A stretch of DNA of 64,000 bases from an uncultured archaeon (GCA_963782915.1 CAWALK010000022.1:64001-128000), one strand, 5' to 3'; shown: positions 41,713 through 52,608, counted from the stretch's first letter. Translations and numbers: made by a program. The notes: generated by a model from the letters alone, not told the origin.

Positions 41713-42282
41713 ATGACCGAACAAATCCAAACCCAACCCCAAACTGAAGCAAACTGGCGAAGCTTCATACGCAAACACTGGGCCGCTTTCACAGCCTTCA
41801 CAGCCGCAGCCATAGTGGCGGTTGCAGGCGCGGTCTATGTGTTTGTTTGGTTCACAGGAAATGCCCAAGCAACAGGGCTGGTTCCCTCAACCCTGAACCT
41901 GTGGTCAATGAATAACGTCGTGTTGTTCATTCTCCATGGGGTCTTCTGGGAACTCGTCCTAATCGGCATCCCAGCAGCCATAGTAGCCGTTGGGGGTTGG
42001 CAATGGTGGAAAAGAATACCCCAAACAGAAAAAGGCCAACTCCACACAGGCAAAAGTAAAAAGACTTCAAGAGCAGGAGGAGCAATCTCGCCGCTGCTGT
42101 TCATTGCATTCGCCATCAAAGTCTACATCGACGGAAACTGGAATCAAGCCATCGCAAGCTGGACACTCGACTACGTCGTCGGTTCCATGGTTACGATACT
42201 GCTCTGGACAGTTGCCATCTTCGCTATTCCTGCAGTAATTGGGGTCATCTGGTGGTTAAGCCGCGGGATGAAAAAACCCTAA
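41713..42282 (+). CDS. Hypothetical 4-TM membrane protein
   Basis: Clean ORF after GGAG; four hydrophobic segments. Confidence 0.7.
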   Translation: MTEQIQTQPQTEANWRSFIRKHWAAFTAFTAAAIVAVAGAVYVFVWFTGNAQATGLVPSTLNLWSMNNVVLFILHGVFWELVLIGIPAAIVAVGGWQWWKRIPQTEKGQLHTGKSKKTSRAGGAISPLLFIAFAIKVYIDGNWNQAIASWTLDYVVGSMVTILLWTVAIFAIPAVIGVIWWLSRGMKKP

Positions 42283-42396
42283 ACCCCTTTTCCCCTTTGA
42301 AGATGAACACCATGATCAACAACTTAGGCCCAGCTGAGTTAGAATTCTATTTTTTATTAACCCCCCACGCGTATTTACTACATAGGTTAACCCACA

Positions 42397-43527
42397 ATGA
42401 CTACAGCACCTATCCCAACCAAAACCATCGGCTTCATCGTAAACCCAGTCGCAGGCATGGGCGGCGCAGTTGGACTCAAAGGCACAGACGGCAAAGCAAT
42501 CCTACAACAAGCCATAGCGTTAGGCGCTAAACCCATCGCAACACAAAGAGCAGAAACCTTCCTAACCGAATTAGCCTCAGCCAAAGAACACCTAAAACTT
42601 GTTGTGGGGGCAGGCCAAATGGGCGAGAATGAAGCCCAGAAACTTGGCTATACCTGCAAAGTTATCGGCGAAGCTAAAACAGAAACTTCTTCTGAGGACA
42701 CCCAAAGCGTTGCCAAAGGCATCGTTGAGGCAGGGGTTGATTTGCTGGTTTATTGCGGCGGAGACGGCACAACCCGTGACATCCAAAAAGCCATTGACAT
42801 GAAGGTACCAGCACTCGGGGTTCCAACTGGTGTTAAAATGCATAGTGCATTATTCGCCGTAAGCCCGCAAGCAGCGGCTAGAGTCGCAATCCGGTATCTT
42901 TGGGGTGGTTTGCCACTTCGGGAAGCTGAAGTTATGGATATTGATGAACAAGCATTCCGTCAAGGACACTTATCTGCGGAACTTTATGGGTACCTGCTTA
43001 GCCCCTTTGAGCCGCACCTCATTCAGGGCAACAAAATGGAGAGCCCCATGACCCAGAACGAATTGGAGAACCAAGCGGCGATTGCGGTCTATATGATCGA
43101 GGAAATGCAGCCAGATATCCTCTATATTGTTGGGCCAGGCACAACAACTCGTACGGTAGCTGACCTCTTGGACCAGAAAAAGACGCTACTTGGCGTCGAC
43201 CTAATCCAGAACAAACAAATAATCGCCCGAGACATAAACGAAAAACAGATCATAGAGGCAACAAGCGGTAAACCCACAAAAATCATCGTAACCCCCATTG
43301 GCGGACAGGGCTTCATCTTCGGCAGAGGCAACCAGCAGATAAGCAGCAGAGTCATCCGTCAAGTTGGCTTAGACAACATCGTTGTAATCGCGACAAAAAG
43401 CAAGTTGGATAGGTTGAAGAGTCTGAGGGTTGACACTGGCGATATAGAACTGGATAACAAGTTTAGGGCACATGGAGTCAAAGTGGTATCTGACTACAAA
43501 ACCACTATAGAAATGACTGTGGAGTAA
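42397..43527 (+). CDS. ATP-NAD/AcoX kinase family protein
   Basis: NPVAGMGG.VGLKGTDG, GGDGT.RD, GVKMHS, GRGNQQ. Confidence 0.88.
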   Translation: MTTAPIPTKTIGFIVNPVAGMGGAVGLKGTDGKAILQQAIALGAKPIATQRAETFLTELASAKEHLKLVVGAGQMGENEAQKLGYTCKVIGEAKTETSSEDTQSVAKGIVEAGVDLLVYCGGDGTTRDIQKAIDMKVPALGVPTGVKMHSALFAVSPQAAARVAIRYLWGGLPLREAEVMDIDEQAFRQGHLSAELYGYLLSPFEPHLIQGNKMESPMTQNELENQAAIAVYMIEEMQPDILYIVGPGTTTRTVADLLDQKKTLLGVDLIQNKQIIARDINEKQIIEATSGKPTKIIVTPIGGQGFIFGRGNQQISSRVIRQVGLDNIVVIATKSKLDRLKSLRVDTGDIELDNKFRAHGVKVVSDYKTTIEMTVE

Positions 43528-43528
43528 A

Positions 43529-43915
43529 TTATTTCCATTCCCAGATTTTGCCTGTCCAGTTATCCGTCATATCCGTCTGGTACTCATGCAGAAGTATCGC
43601 TTTGTTTAACCGCATAAGCTTATCCGAATGCGTCGATTGCACTGAAGCGCCTCTGCTTAAGCCACCGTTTCCAGAAGGATAACCAACTGCATAAGCTTCC
43701 ATTGTCACTGTTTGCCCATCATTAGTTGTTATGGACGAGTTGACTTCTCCGCTAAAAACCCCATTCTCCATTACGCCAATGCTGGTTGTGGCCAAAAAAG
43801 CATCCATCCCCAGGATTTTTCCTGTTCCTTGCCCTGATACCTCCATTACTCCACCGGGAAGCACACGGTAAACTGTGTTTTTGCCTTTGAATTCACCAAT
43901 TAATTCGCCTTCCAT
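43529..43915 (-). CDS. Hypothetical beta-rich protein
   Basis: Clean ORF ending GKIWEWK. Confidence 0.65.
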   Translation of the reverse strand: MEGELIGEFKGKNTVYRVLPGGVMEVSGQGTGKILGMDAFLATTSIGVMENGVFSGEVNSSITTNDGQTVTMEAYAVGYPSGNGGLSRGASVQSTHSDKLMRLNKAILLHEYQTDMTDNWTGKIWEWK

Positions 43916-44057
43916 TCTCATCAAACACTCCAAACTAACAGAGATTGAGCGCCAAATTAGCGTATGTGACTGTAAACAAGCAGTCACGCTGGGATAGATT
44001 TTGGCAAATTAAAATATAGAAGCGCAACCCTAATTCTATAAAGAGGCTCAACAGAGT

Positions 44058-45161
44058 ATGATACCAATTAACAAGCCACAAATGGATGAGGCAGAGGTCC
44101 AAGCAGTTCTAGAAGTTATGCGTAAAGGACCACTAACCAACGCCTTGGGTGCAGGGCCAAAAACGTTAGAGTTCGAGAAAACCTTCGCAGAATTTGCAGG
44201 CGCTAAACATGCGGTTGCCGTTAACACGGGCACTGCCGCGTTGCATGCCGCAGTCATGGCTGTAGGCGTTAAACGTGATGACGAAGTAATCGTTCCAAGC
44301 TTCACATTCGTCGCCACCGCTGAAGCAGTTGCTTTAGCCGGCGGTAAACCAGTTTTCGCCGACATCGACCCAGAAACCTACACTCTCTCTCCAGCAGCGG
44401 TTGAGAAAGCAATCACCAAAAAAACCAAAGCCATCATGCCAGTTGACCTCTACGGCTTCTCAGCTGACATGAAGCCATTAAGGGAAATTGCTGACAAACA
44501 CAAGTTGGGCTTGGTTTCAGACGATGCCCAAGCTCACGGAACAACTTATGAGGGTAAACCAGCCGGATCCTTTTCGGATGCGGCTTGCTGGAGCCTCTAT
44601 GCAAGCAAAAACATGATGACAGGCGAAGGCGGAGTCGTCACCACCAACAGCGACCAAATTGATGAGAAACTGCGCATGATCCGAACTCACGGCGAAAAAG
44701 CCAAGTACGCCTCTGAGATGCTGGGAAGCAACTACCGCATGCCAGAACTCGAAGCAGCAATCGGCATCGTACAAATGAAGAAGCTGCCTTCATTCATCGC
44801 TAAACGCCGCCAGAATGCACAGCAACTAACCAAGATTCTGCAGAAATCAAGCAAGCTTGTCTTGCCCTATGAAACCAAAGATAGGCAACACAGCTGGTAC
44901 CTCTACACAGCAAGACTAAAGGACGCCACAGAAGCCCAACGCAACAAACTCCTCGAACAACTAAAAGCCAAAGGTATCGGAGCAGAAGCATACTACGTCA
45001 ACCCAGTGAACACAATGCCATTCTACCGCGACAACTACGGAGCCACATCACTGCCAGAAACCGAAAAAGCCGCCAAACAAGTCTTCTCGCTGCCAGTTCA
45101 CCCAGGAGTCACAAGCCAAGAAATAGATTTCATCGGCGAGTCAGTGCTAAGCTTACTGTAG
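44058..45161 (+). CDS. DegT/DnrJ/EryC1 sugar aminotransferase
   Basis: GTAALH, FTFVAT, DDAQAHG, S.YASKN...GEGG, NYRM, SLPVHP. Confidence 0.92.
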   Translation: MIPINKPQMDEAEVQAVLEVMRKGPLTNALGAGPKTLEFEKTFAEFAGAKHAVAVNTGTAALHAAVMAVGVKRDDEVIVPSFTFVATAEAVALAGGKPVFADIDPETYTLSPAAVEKAITKKTKAIMPVDLYGFSADMKPLREIADKHKLGLVSDDAQAHGTTYEGKPAGSFSDAACWSLYASKNMMTGEGGVVTTNSDQIDEKLRMIRTHGEKAKYASEMLGSNYRMPELEAAIGIVQMKKLPSFIAKRRQNAQQLTKILQKSSKLVLPYETKDRQHSWYLYTARLKDATEAQRNKLLEQLKAKGIGAEAYYVNPVNTMPFYRDNYGATSLPETEKAAKQVFSLPVHPGVTSQEIDFIGESVLSLL

Positions 45162-45249
45162 TAGATTCAGGCATGGAGTGTAACAGTTAAATTACACTTC
45201 CACACTATACTTTTTGATTTACAACATTTAGGGTTTATTTTAAAGGGGT

Positions 45250-45676
45250 ATGAAGTGTTTGAGTAACGATGAAGGCGTCTCTCGCATTAAAGTCAAATTC
45301 CTCATTGAAGGTTTAGGCGAAGCTGAAGGCGAACTCGTTAGGTTTCTAGCACCCAGATCAATCGATAACATTGTACGCAGATTACCCATGGAGGGTAGAG
45401 CGGCAATATACAAAGAAGAGGTTTACTTTGAAATCCCCTTAAAGATGGGTGAAGAAAAAGCTAAACCAACAGTGGAAATGGGCACGATTGCTTTTTGGCC
45501 CATGGGCAGCGCATTATGCGTATTCTTACGGTAAATCTCAACCCTATAGCCCTGTTAGCGTATTGGGAAAAATAACCAGTAACTTAGAGCTGTTTAAACA
45601 GGTTAAAAGTGGTTCAACAATAAAAGTTGTTCTTGCACCGGCCGAAAAAAGTTTAGAGGGAACTGTCGTTCCATAA
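45250..45676 (+). CDS. Cyclophilin-like (TM1367/DUF369) protein, frameshifted near 45525
   Basis: LP, EVYFEIP, G.IAFWP.G.A.C.FYG, PV..LG.I. Confidence 0.75.
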
Positions 45677-46126
45677 ACTGAGAAGCCGCTCGCATTCTTC
45701 TTTTACGCTTCTATCAGTTGTTTTCTCTTTTAATGCTTGGAGAAACTCGATGCGTTTAGCGATAGACCGTTTCTCTGCGGGTCCACCATAATACATCCTG
45801 CCCGCAACGTATTCTTGCATACTGTAAGCTTTTTGTATGAATAAGCTGGCGGCATCCACTGGGTTGTCTACCGCGAATTTGTTAGCCCAAATCGCAACTT
45901 CAGTTTGACGTAACTGGGTCATGCCGTCGATTTCAGTGATGTTTCGAATGTAAGTCTGCAAATAATCAAAGTACCCTGCAGTTTTAATGTAATCAAGGGC
46001 TTCCTTAACTTTATTTACAAACTCATGTTTGCCTTCAACAGTTAAATTATGCTTGTATCCTTGCGTCACAAGGGTTCTTGCTGTTTTAAGCTCTTTGCTA
46101 GTGTAAACTTTTTCTGGGAAACTCAA
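45653..46126 (-). CDS. Conserved hypothetical protein
   Basis: Clean ORF co-oriented with rps25e. Confidence 0.6.
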   Translation of the reverse strand: MSFPEKVYTSKELKTARTLVTQGYKHNLTVEGKHEFVNKVKEALDYIKTAGYFDYLQTYIRNITEIDGMTQLRQTEVAIWANKFAVDNPVDAASLFIQKAYSMQEYVAGRMYYGGPAEKRSIAKRIEFLQALKEKTTDRSVKEECERLLSLWNDSSL

Positions 46127-46184
46127 AGGTACAACTCCGAAATTAGAAAGGATATTATTTTAATAAAATATGTTGGGAGCAGTT

Positions 46185-46514
46185 TTAGGCTGCTGGCTTA
46201 TAGATTTTGAGATTATGGCTACCTGATACTAGCTGAACTGCACCGTTTGATTCGAGCTGCTCTAGGAAGTCTTTTGCTGCGCTTATGCGTATGCCGTATC
46301 GTGTTGCAACTGCGTATGGTGTTAAGACACCCATCTTTTTGATTTCAGCGACGATTTTTTGGTCTTTGACGTCTGGAACCATGATGCCGACTGTTATCTT
46401 CTTCTGTGGCGGTCCAGTTTTCTTTTCTTCCTTCTTCTTGGATTTCTCGTCGTCAGATTTATCAGCTTGCTGCTTCTCCATCTGCTTTATGCCGAGCTTC
46501 TTTTTTCCACCCAT
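46185..46514 (-). CDS. rps25e: 30S ribosomal protein S25e
   Basis: MGGKKK, TPY.VA....I.IS.A...L, IY. Confidence 0.9.
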   Translation of the reverse strand: MGGKKKLGIKQMEKQQADKSDDEKSKKKEEKKTGPPQKKITVGIMVPDVKDQKIVAEIKKMGVLTPYAVATRYGIRISAAKDFLEQLESNGAVQLVSGSHNLKIYKPAA

Positions 46515-46548
46515 GTTTTCACCTTGCCGATTATTTTGATTCCAACAT

Positions 46549-48039
46549 CTAGACTGGCTGGCTTATTTCAACCTTATGTTTGTTTTGCCACTCTTTGATT
46601 GGGATGCCTAGTTTCTTTTCTACTTCAGCGCGGTGGATTGAGTTCATGGTGCAGAAGGGTATGATTCTGCCGTCTGGGACTGCATAGTGGATGACGCAGC
46701 GTTGTACGCGTTCGAGGTCAAAGTTGTATGGGTCCATGAAGTGCATTGAGGAAATCAGCATTGCAGAGCGAGCGAAGTCTCCAAGCGATTTGTAGTCACC
46801 ATTAACCAGTACCTTTAGCACGTATTTGCGGAGGAAGCCGAATTTGATATGGCGACCTGCTCCTACGAGGCGGAGTTTAGCTTTGCTCGTGTTGCCTTTG
46901 GATGCATCGTCGTATACGCTTTGGAGAGTTGCGACAAATTTGTCTATGTTGCCGTAGCGTGTGATTGGTATGATTTTGCCGTTTTCGATGAAAACAAATG
47001 TTGCCATGCCACAATGTGGATGCGCTGTGAATTCGACATAGCGTTTGCCTTTGATGGCGCCGACTGCTTTAGAGACGGGGACTACGACTGGAACTGGGTA
47101 GAAGTCGCTGGTTTTGATTACACCGTTAGTCTGTTCTTCGACCCTTTTCATGAAGTCGGGTATGGTGATGCGCATCTTTTCCCGCTCTTCAGCTGGCAGA
47201 CGCCCGCATAATGAGACGGGTTGAACGTTTATGCATCGGACGACGTCACTGTTTTTGGCTGCAAAATTGATTATGTCGCCCAGTTGACTATCGTTTACGC
47301 CTTTAACTAGGGTAACAACCAAAACGACGCTGTTCCAGCCTGCGGCTCGAAGGTTCTCAAGAGCCTTCATTTTTATGTCAAGTAAATCGACGCCGCGAAT
47401 ATACTTGTATACTTCTGGGGTTAATCCGTCAAATTGCAGGTAGAGTGTGCTGACGCCTGCTGCTTTGAGTTCCTTGCAGTATTCAACATCTTGGGAGATG
47501 CGTAAGCCGTTACTGTTGACTTCAACGTGGTTGAAGCCTAATTCTTTGGCTTTGCGGACCATGTCGGGGAGTTCTTTTCGGATGGTGGGTTCTCCGCCGC
47601 TGAACTGAAGTGCCTGTGCTGGTACTGGTTTGGTTGCACGCAAATTCTCAAGCATACCTACGACCTGCTCCATAGTAGGTTCATAGACGTATCCAGCGTA
47701 GTTTGCGTTGGCAAAGCAGACGGGGCATTTTAGGTTACAGCGGTTAGTGATGTCAATGATTGCCAAGGCGGTGTGGGATTTGTGTTCTGGGCAGATGCCA
47801 CAGTCTTTTGGGCAACCCAGTTTTTTCTCTGTGCGCGGGTTTTCAACGCCAGTGCCTTCATAGCGGAATTTTTCGGCGCGCACATATTGGTCATAGTCTG
47901 ACCAGTAAAGTTCAGTACAAAGCCCATGTTCGGGGCATGTTTTTTTGATGAATACTTTGCCTTCGTCCTCGTAGATGGTTGCATCTATGGGTTTTAGGCA
48001 TTCAGGGCAAAGACTTTTTGTTGATTTGATATCTTTCAT
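46549..48039 (-). CDS. tes: Radical SAM tetraether lipid synthase (Tes/GDGT-MAS family)
   Basis: N-terminal CPEC..CPEHG, CP.DCG.C..H, CNLKCPVC, HPHCG, RC..HY..PDGRIIPFC. Confidence 0.85.
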   Translation of the reverse strand: MKDIKSTKSLCPECLKPIDATIYEDEGKVFIKKTCPEHGLCTELYWSDYDQYVRAEKFRYEGTGVENPRTEKKLGCPKDCGICPEHKSHTALAIIDITNRCNLKCPVCFANANYAGYVYEPTMEQVVGMLENLRATKPVPAQALQFSGGEPTIRKELPDMVRKAKELGFNHVEVNSNGLRISQDVEYCKELKAAGVSTLYLQFDGLTPEVYKYIRGVDLLDIKMKALENLRAAGWNSVVLVVTLVKGVNDSQLGDIINFAAKNSDVVRCINVQPVSLCGRLPAEEREKMRITIPDFMKRVEEQTNGVIKTSDFYPVPVVVPVSKAVGAIKGKRYVEFTAHPHCGMATFVFIENGKIIPITRYGNIDKFVATLQSVYDDASKGNTSKAKLRLVGAGRHIKFGFLRKYVLKVLVNGDYKSLGDFARSAMLISSMHFMDPYNFDLERVQRCVIHYAVPDGRIIPFCTMNSIHRAEVEKKLGIPIKEWQNKHKVEISQPV

Positions 48040-48147
48040 GTATAGTTTGCCTTCTGTCGTGTAAGCGTTACTTTAGAAGTGCTTAAGAGAGAAGTGATGA
48101 TAATAAGGTTTCCAAACGTTTCCTAAGGTGATTGAGGGGAAAAACAG

Positions 48148-48897
48148 ATGATAAATGAGGAAACCCGTGCAGCACTGCGTGAAATGGGCTTGAACGCCTA
48201 CGAAATTGATGCTTACTTAGCATTGCTTGATGTTGGGCAGATGACGGCTATGGAAATCAGCCAGCAAGCCAACGTGCCCTATAGCAAAATGTATGAAGTC
48301 CTCAATTCGCTTAAAGAAAAAGGCTGGATTAAAAGTAGCGAAACCCGCCCCTTCAAATATTACCCCGTTCCACCCTTAGAAGCCACACGCTTCACTAAGC
48401 TTCGGCTTGAAGACAAATACGTGGGTTGGGAAAACACAGTCGCAGAAACATTGCAGCCGCTCTATGAGAAACGCGAAATCGTTGAGCGTCCAGACATGCT
48501 TATTCTGCGTGGACAACAAGCAGTATTGAGTAAGATTGAGGATGTTTTTAAGAAGGCATCCGTGGAAATTGTGGTTGCTGCACCCGAGTTTGCGAAGCCT
48601 GTGATTGCTTTGGCTGAACCGTTGCTTGAGAATGGGCTTAAGAAAAATGTTAGCGTCAAGTTTATGGCTGCTGGCAAAAAGGAAGAATGGCAGTTCATGA
48701 AAAAGTTCTCTGGTTTGGGTGAGGTGCGGATTCGCGATCATATGTTTGGCGGGGGCATAATTGCTGATGGCAAAGAAGCTATGCTGTTTTTGGGTGAGGA
48801 TAAGCCGACGCTTGTGATTTGGAGTAATCATGTTGGTTTGGTTGGGTTTGCCCGTGAATACTTCCAGTTTTTGTGGGATTCTTCTGCAAAGGCTTAG
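48148..48897 (+). CDS. TrmB family transcriptional regulator
   Basis: GL..YE..AY..L, VP.SK.Y.VL.SL..KG, RP..Y, DGKE. Confidence 0.9.
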   Translation: MINEETRAALREMGLNAYEIDAYLALLDVGQMTAMEISQQANVPYSKMYEVLNSLKEKGWIKSSETRPFKYYPVPPLEATRFTKLRLEDKYVGWENTVAETLQPLYEKREIVERPDMLILRGQQAVLSKIEDVFKKASVEIVVAAPEFAKPVIALAEPLLENGLKKNVSVKFMAAGKKEEWQFMKKFSGLGEVRIRDHMFGGGIIADGKEAMLFLGEDKPTLVIWSNHVGLVGFAREYFQFLWDSSAKA

Positions 48898-48936
48898 GCA
48901 ATATACCGTTTAAGGTAAAAGTCGGGGCGGTTGCTG

Positions 48937-49047
48937 TTTTTTCTATAGTTGTTGTTGCCGAAAACCGCCTATACACAACAACAACCCGCGGGCTTGGCAA
49001 GCGGTTGTGTTAAGGTTGCAGGTTGGTTACGGAGCAAACCGCAAGCA
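48937..49047 (-). repeat. Intergenic element family I copy
   Basis: Reverse complement matches 32134-32263; perfect 10-bp stem 48948-48957/48976-48985. Confidence 0.88.
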
Positions 49048-49133
49048 GAACAAAAGACCCGCTACAATTAGCAGTAATAGCAAAAATTTCGGTTAAAATA
49101 AAAATGAAAAAGAAAAGAGATGTAGTGGCTGGT

Positions 49134-50249
49134 TTAGTCTTCGCGCCACTTAAACAGCTTCACTGCCAAAGCGAAGATAACCACTGTAATGATTGCTAGC
49201 ACAGCGATGTCGATGAGTGCGGCTGGTATGTTGTTGTAGACCATCACATTGTTTAGGCCTTCAGTGACGTAGAACAGCGGTAGCACATGTGCGAATGTTT
49301 GTAGGTATTGGGGCATGCTGCTGATTGGGAAGAAGGTGCCTGCGAGGAACATCATTGGGAAAGTAACTATGTTGCCGATGACGCCTGCGGTTTCTGGGCT
49401 CTTGGTTACTGTGCCAACTAGCATTCCGAGTGCAGCGAAGAGCATTGGACCCAAGATTAGGAAGGGTATTAGCATTGGCGATAGGTTTACGGTTGCGCCG
49501 AAAGCAAAGACACCTACTCCGACCATGAGTAGGAAACCGGCGATTGTGAGTACGATGTACCAGATGACTTTGGATGTTAACCATTCCATCTTTGTTAGCG
49601 GTGTCAATGAGAGTTGCTTGAAGAGTTTATTTTTCTTGTATTCGCTGGAGATGTTGACTAGTGAAAACATTGGGCTTGTGAGGATGGAGAAGCCGATTAA
49701 GCCTGGGATTAGGAAGTCGATGTATTTTGTTTGTTGTGTGTTAACGGTTGCTGAAGTTATGCTGATCACGTTTGTGCCGTGGTATCTTTGTAGGTTGAAA
49801 TAGTTCGCGTAGCCGTTAACGGTTCCACTTACGATACCGCTTGTGCTTGACGAAGGATTACCGTACACTGTAACGTTCACTGGATTCCCAGCGATGTAGT
49901 TGGCCGAGAAATTCTGAGGTATAACTATGCCATCAGAGACTGAATGCCCGCTAAGTAATCAGCAAAGTTCCCTGTATCATTAACTGTAACTACCCTGATG
50001 GTTGTCGATTCATTGAGAGCTAATAGGAACTGTGATGCAACGTCAGGTTGTGTTGCCGTAAATGGACCCATGTCTTGATTCTGGACATAAACCGTGACTG
50101 TTCCTGTGCTGCCGCCAGAAAAGATGGCGCCGAAAATCAGATATCAGTACAACTGGGAATATTAATCCGAAGAATAACCCAAACTTGTTTCTAAGGTAAC
50201 CTACACTAAATACTCTAAAGTCTGCGTAAATGCGTTTTGCGCTCACCAT
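49134..50249 (-). CDS. ABC-2 type exporter permease (frameshifted)
   Basis: FF.LIFP, YIDFLIPG, L.LTP, FLAG.FFP...MP, LP. Confidence 0.85.
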
Positions 50250-50252
50250 GTT

Positions 50253-51212
50253 TTAGCGCCTCCGTTTTTTGCTGCTTTTTTCATTGGATTCTGTTTCTCC
50301 TTGTTCCCCGATTGGTTCACTGACTAGTTTTATGAATACGTCGTCGAGGCTGTCTTGACGGGTTTGTATGTTACCCCAATCGAGACCTGACTGTTCAGCC
50401 GCTGCCAATGCTGCGAGGGCATCGATTTTCTTTTTGAGCGGTATGGTGATTTCTCCTTTTGATGCATTGTATTCGACTTGTAATTCTGTGTTGGCTTTGA
50501 TGTATTCAGCTAATTTTTCGTTGCCGTGGATTTCAAGCCGTTCCCCTGAACCGTGTTGTAGAATGATTTCTTCTGTGGTGCCCATGGCAACGATTTTACC
50601 ATGATCCATGATTGCGACTCTGTCAGAAAGTTGCTGGGCTTCGTCGAGGTAGTGGGTGGTTAAGATGATGGTTTTTCCTTTTGCTTTTAGGCCGCGTATT
50701 ACTTCCCAGATGGCTCGGCGTGCGTTGGGGTCTAAGCCAGTTGTGGGTTCGTCGAGGAAGAGCAGTTCAGGTGTGTTAACCAGTGAGAGGGCTAAGCCAG
50801 TTTTCTGTTTTTGGCCACCTGAGAGGCTTTCGAAAACATGGTCAGCCATGTCTTCAAGAAGGACTTCTTTTAGAATCTCTTCAACGTTAACTTGTACGTT
50901 GAATAGTTTAGCGTAGTAGTTGATGGCTTCTCTTGGAGTGGTTTTTTCAAAGAAAGTGAAGTCTTGGGGGATGACGCCTATTTTTTTGTGGACTTCATAA
51001 CCGTTTTTCCATGGGTCGAATCCTAGGATTTTGACGTCTCCGCCGTCGCGTTCACGCAGACCTTCCATGATTTCGATGGAGGTTGTTTTTCCTGCGCCGT
51101 TGGGACCCAATAATCCGAAGACTTCACCCTGCTTAACAGTAAACGAGATGCCGTCTACAGCTTTTAGGGATCCATAGTTTTTTTGGAGGTTGGATACTTC
51201 AATCGGTAACAT
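50253..51212 (-). CDS. ABC transporter ATP-binding protein
   Basis: GPNGAGKTT, LSGGQ, LDEPTTGLD, TTH. Confidence 0.95.
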   Translation of the reverse strand: MLPIEVSNLQKNYGSLKAVDGISFTVKQGEVFGLLGPNGAGKTTSIEIMEGLRERDGGDVKILGFDPWKNGYEVHKKIGVIPQDFTFFEKTTPREAINYYAKLFNVQVNVEEILKEVLLEDMADHVFESLSGGQKQKTGLALSLVNTPELLFLDEPTTGLDPNARRAIWEVIRGLKAKGKTIILTTHYLDEAQQLSDRVAIMDHGKIVAMGTTEEIILQHGSGERLEIHGNEKLAEYIKANTELQVEYNASKGEITIPLKKKIDALAALAAAEQSGLDWGNIQTRQDSLDDVFIKLVSEPIGEQGETESNEKSSKKRRR

Positions 51213-51325
51213 TTGTTCGTTCTTCCTTGCTGAAAGTGTAAATTTGTCTTCTTGTTTTACTGATGAGGGAGATATAACTTTCGGCAATAGTAGCGGTAAC
51301 TTGCCCTTGAGGTATATAGGAGCAG

Positions 51326-51835
51326 TTAGGGGTTTGTTTTTCTGAGGACTTTTTTGGTAGAGTCACCGTTTATTCCTTTAAAAATGAAGTCGGTGAGGTC
51401 TTCAGGTGATAAGTAACGGGGACCCCTTTCATGGAACACACGGATTTCAAGTGTGCCTTTGGCATAAGCGGTTCGTATCATGTAGTAATCGAATTTTAAG
51501 GCGGTTCGCTTCTCGCCGTTTCCTTTGTAGTAGCGTATGGAACAGAAGAAATCTAGTACCGCTGCCTTCTCCTGAGCTATAAAATCCAATGCCTTGGTAA
51601 CTTCTTCAGAGTTAATGTAGGTAAAAGAGGCATCTTCCGCTAAGCCAAACTCAAAAATCACTATGCCCTCAGGCACAGTGGGGATAGATACTTCTTCAAA
51701 GAGGAATTCTTTGCGGTTTATATCGCCTAAAAATTGGATGAGGCGTTGCTGAAGCTGCCTGTTGGAAATAAAGGACTGATAGTTTTGGATGTGATGGATG
51801 TTTTCGGGAAAAGTTTCGTAGAAACCAATAGTCAA
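51326..51835 (-). CDS. Conserved hypothetical protein
   Basis: Clean ORF, operon-like spacing; RYY, LKFDYY, HERGP. Confidence 0.65.
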   Translation of the reverse strand: MTIGFYETFPENIHHIQNYQSFISNRQLQQRLIQFLGDINRKEFLFEEVSIPTVPEGIVIFEFGLAEDASFTYINSEEVTKALDFIAQEKAAVLDFFCSIRYYKGNGEKRTALKFDYYMIRTAYAKGTLEIRVFHERGPRYLSPEDLTDFIFKGINGDSTKKVLRKTNP

Positions 51836-51844
51836 AGCCTTGAC

Positions 51845-52210
51845 TCAAGCCTTCATTTTCTTGATTTTCTCAACACTGTTTAGCAGTTCGCTTAGGGCAA
51901 CGGTGAGTTTTTGGAGTTCATCGATATCTTCGGTTTTCTCGATTTTGCCTTGTATGTCCGCTATTTTTGCCATGAGCACTGCTTCTAGCTTGTCGTAGGC
52001 TGTGTTTGGTTGGGGGGCTTGTTTGGGTGGTTCTTCGCCCTCTTTAATTACGATGACTTTTTTCTCGTCTTTGCCACACCACAACGTGCCATCTCTTAGA
52101 CGAAGCAGTGGTGAAGCGCAGACTGGACATGAGAGATCAGTTAAGGTGGCGCCTTGCCGTAGCAGTTCAGCCATTCGCTTGATCGGATTGCTTTCTTTGT
52201 CTTGTTGCAT
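51845..52210 (-). CDS. UPF0148 / Sjogren autoantigen p27-like Zn-ribbon protein
   Basis: MAELLRQGAT....CP.C.SPL. Confidence 0.85.
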   Translation of the reverse strand: MQQDKESNPIKRMAELLRQGATLTDLSCPVCASPLLRLRDGTLWCGKDEKKVIVIKEGEEPPKQAPQPNTAYDKLEAVLMAKIADIQGKIEKTEDIDELQKLTVALSELLNSVEKIKKMKA

Positions 52211-52286
52211 GTAGAACCCAAAATAGATACATATCAATACATATATAACTTAATTTACTGCATTGGCAGTAAAGGGGAACTAATTT

Positions 52287-52565
52287 ATGGTTCGCAAAAA
52301 GAAAAGTGAAGAATATGAAGCTAAAATTAAGCAAGCGTTGCAAGTGCTTGGCGAGGTTTCTGAAGACAGCACAACACCACGCAACATTCGCCGCTCTGCA
52401 AAAGACGCCATGAACGCTTTATTGGGCACTGAATATACTGCTGCTGTTAAGGCTTCAAATGCAGTGTCCCTGCTTGATGAAATATTGCAGGATCCCAACA
52501 TGCCGCCTTATACGCGGGTTAAGCTCTGGAACGTTATGAGCTTCATCGAAGCTATAAAAGACTAA
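52287..52565 (+). CDS. UPF0147 family protein
   Basis: D.TTPRNIRR, DPNMP.YTR..W. Confidence 0.9.
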   Translation: MVRKKKSEEYEAKIKQALQVLGEVSEDSTTPRNIRRSAKDAMNALLGTEYTAAVKASNAVSLLDEILQDPNMPPYTRVKLWNVMSFIEAIKD

Positions 52566-52608
52566 ACAGATCTTATTTCTGTTTTAATTTCATTTTTTGT
52601 AAAAAGCG

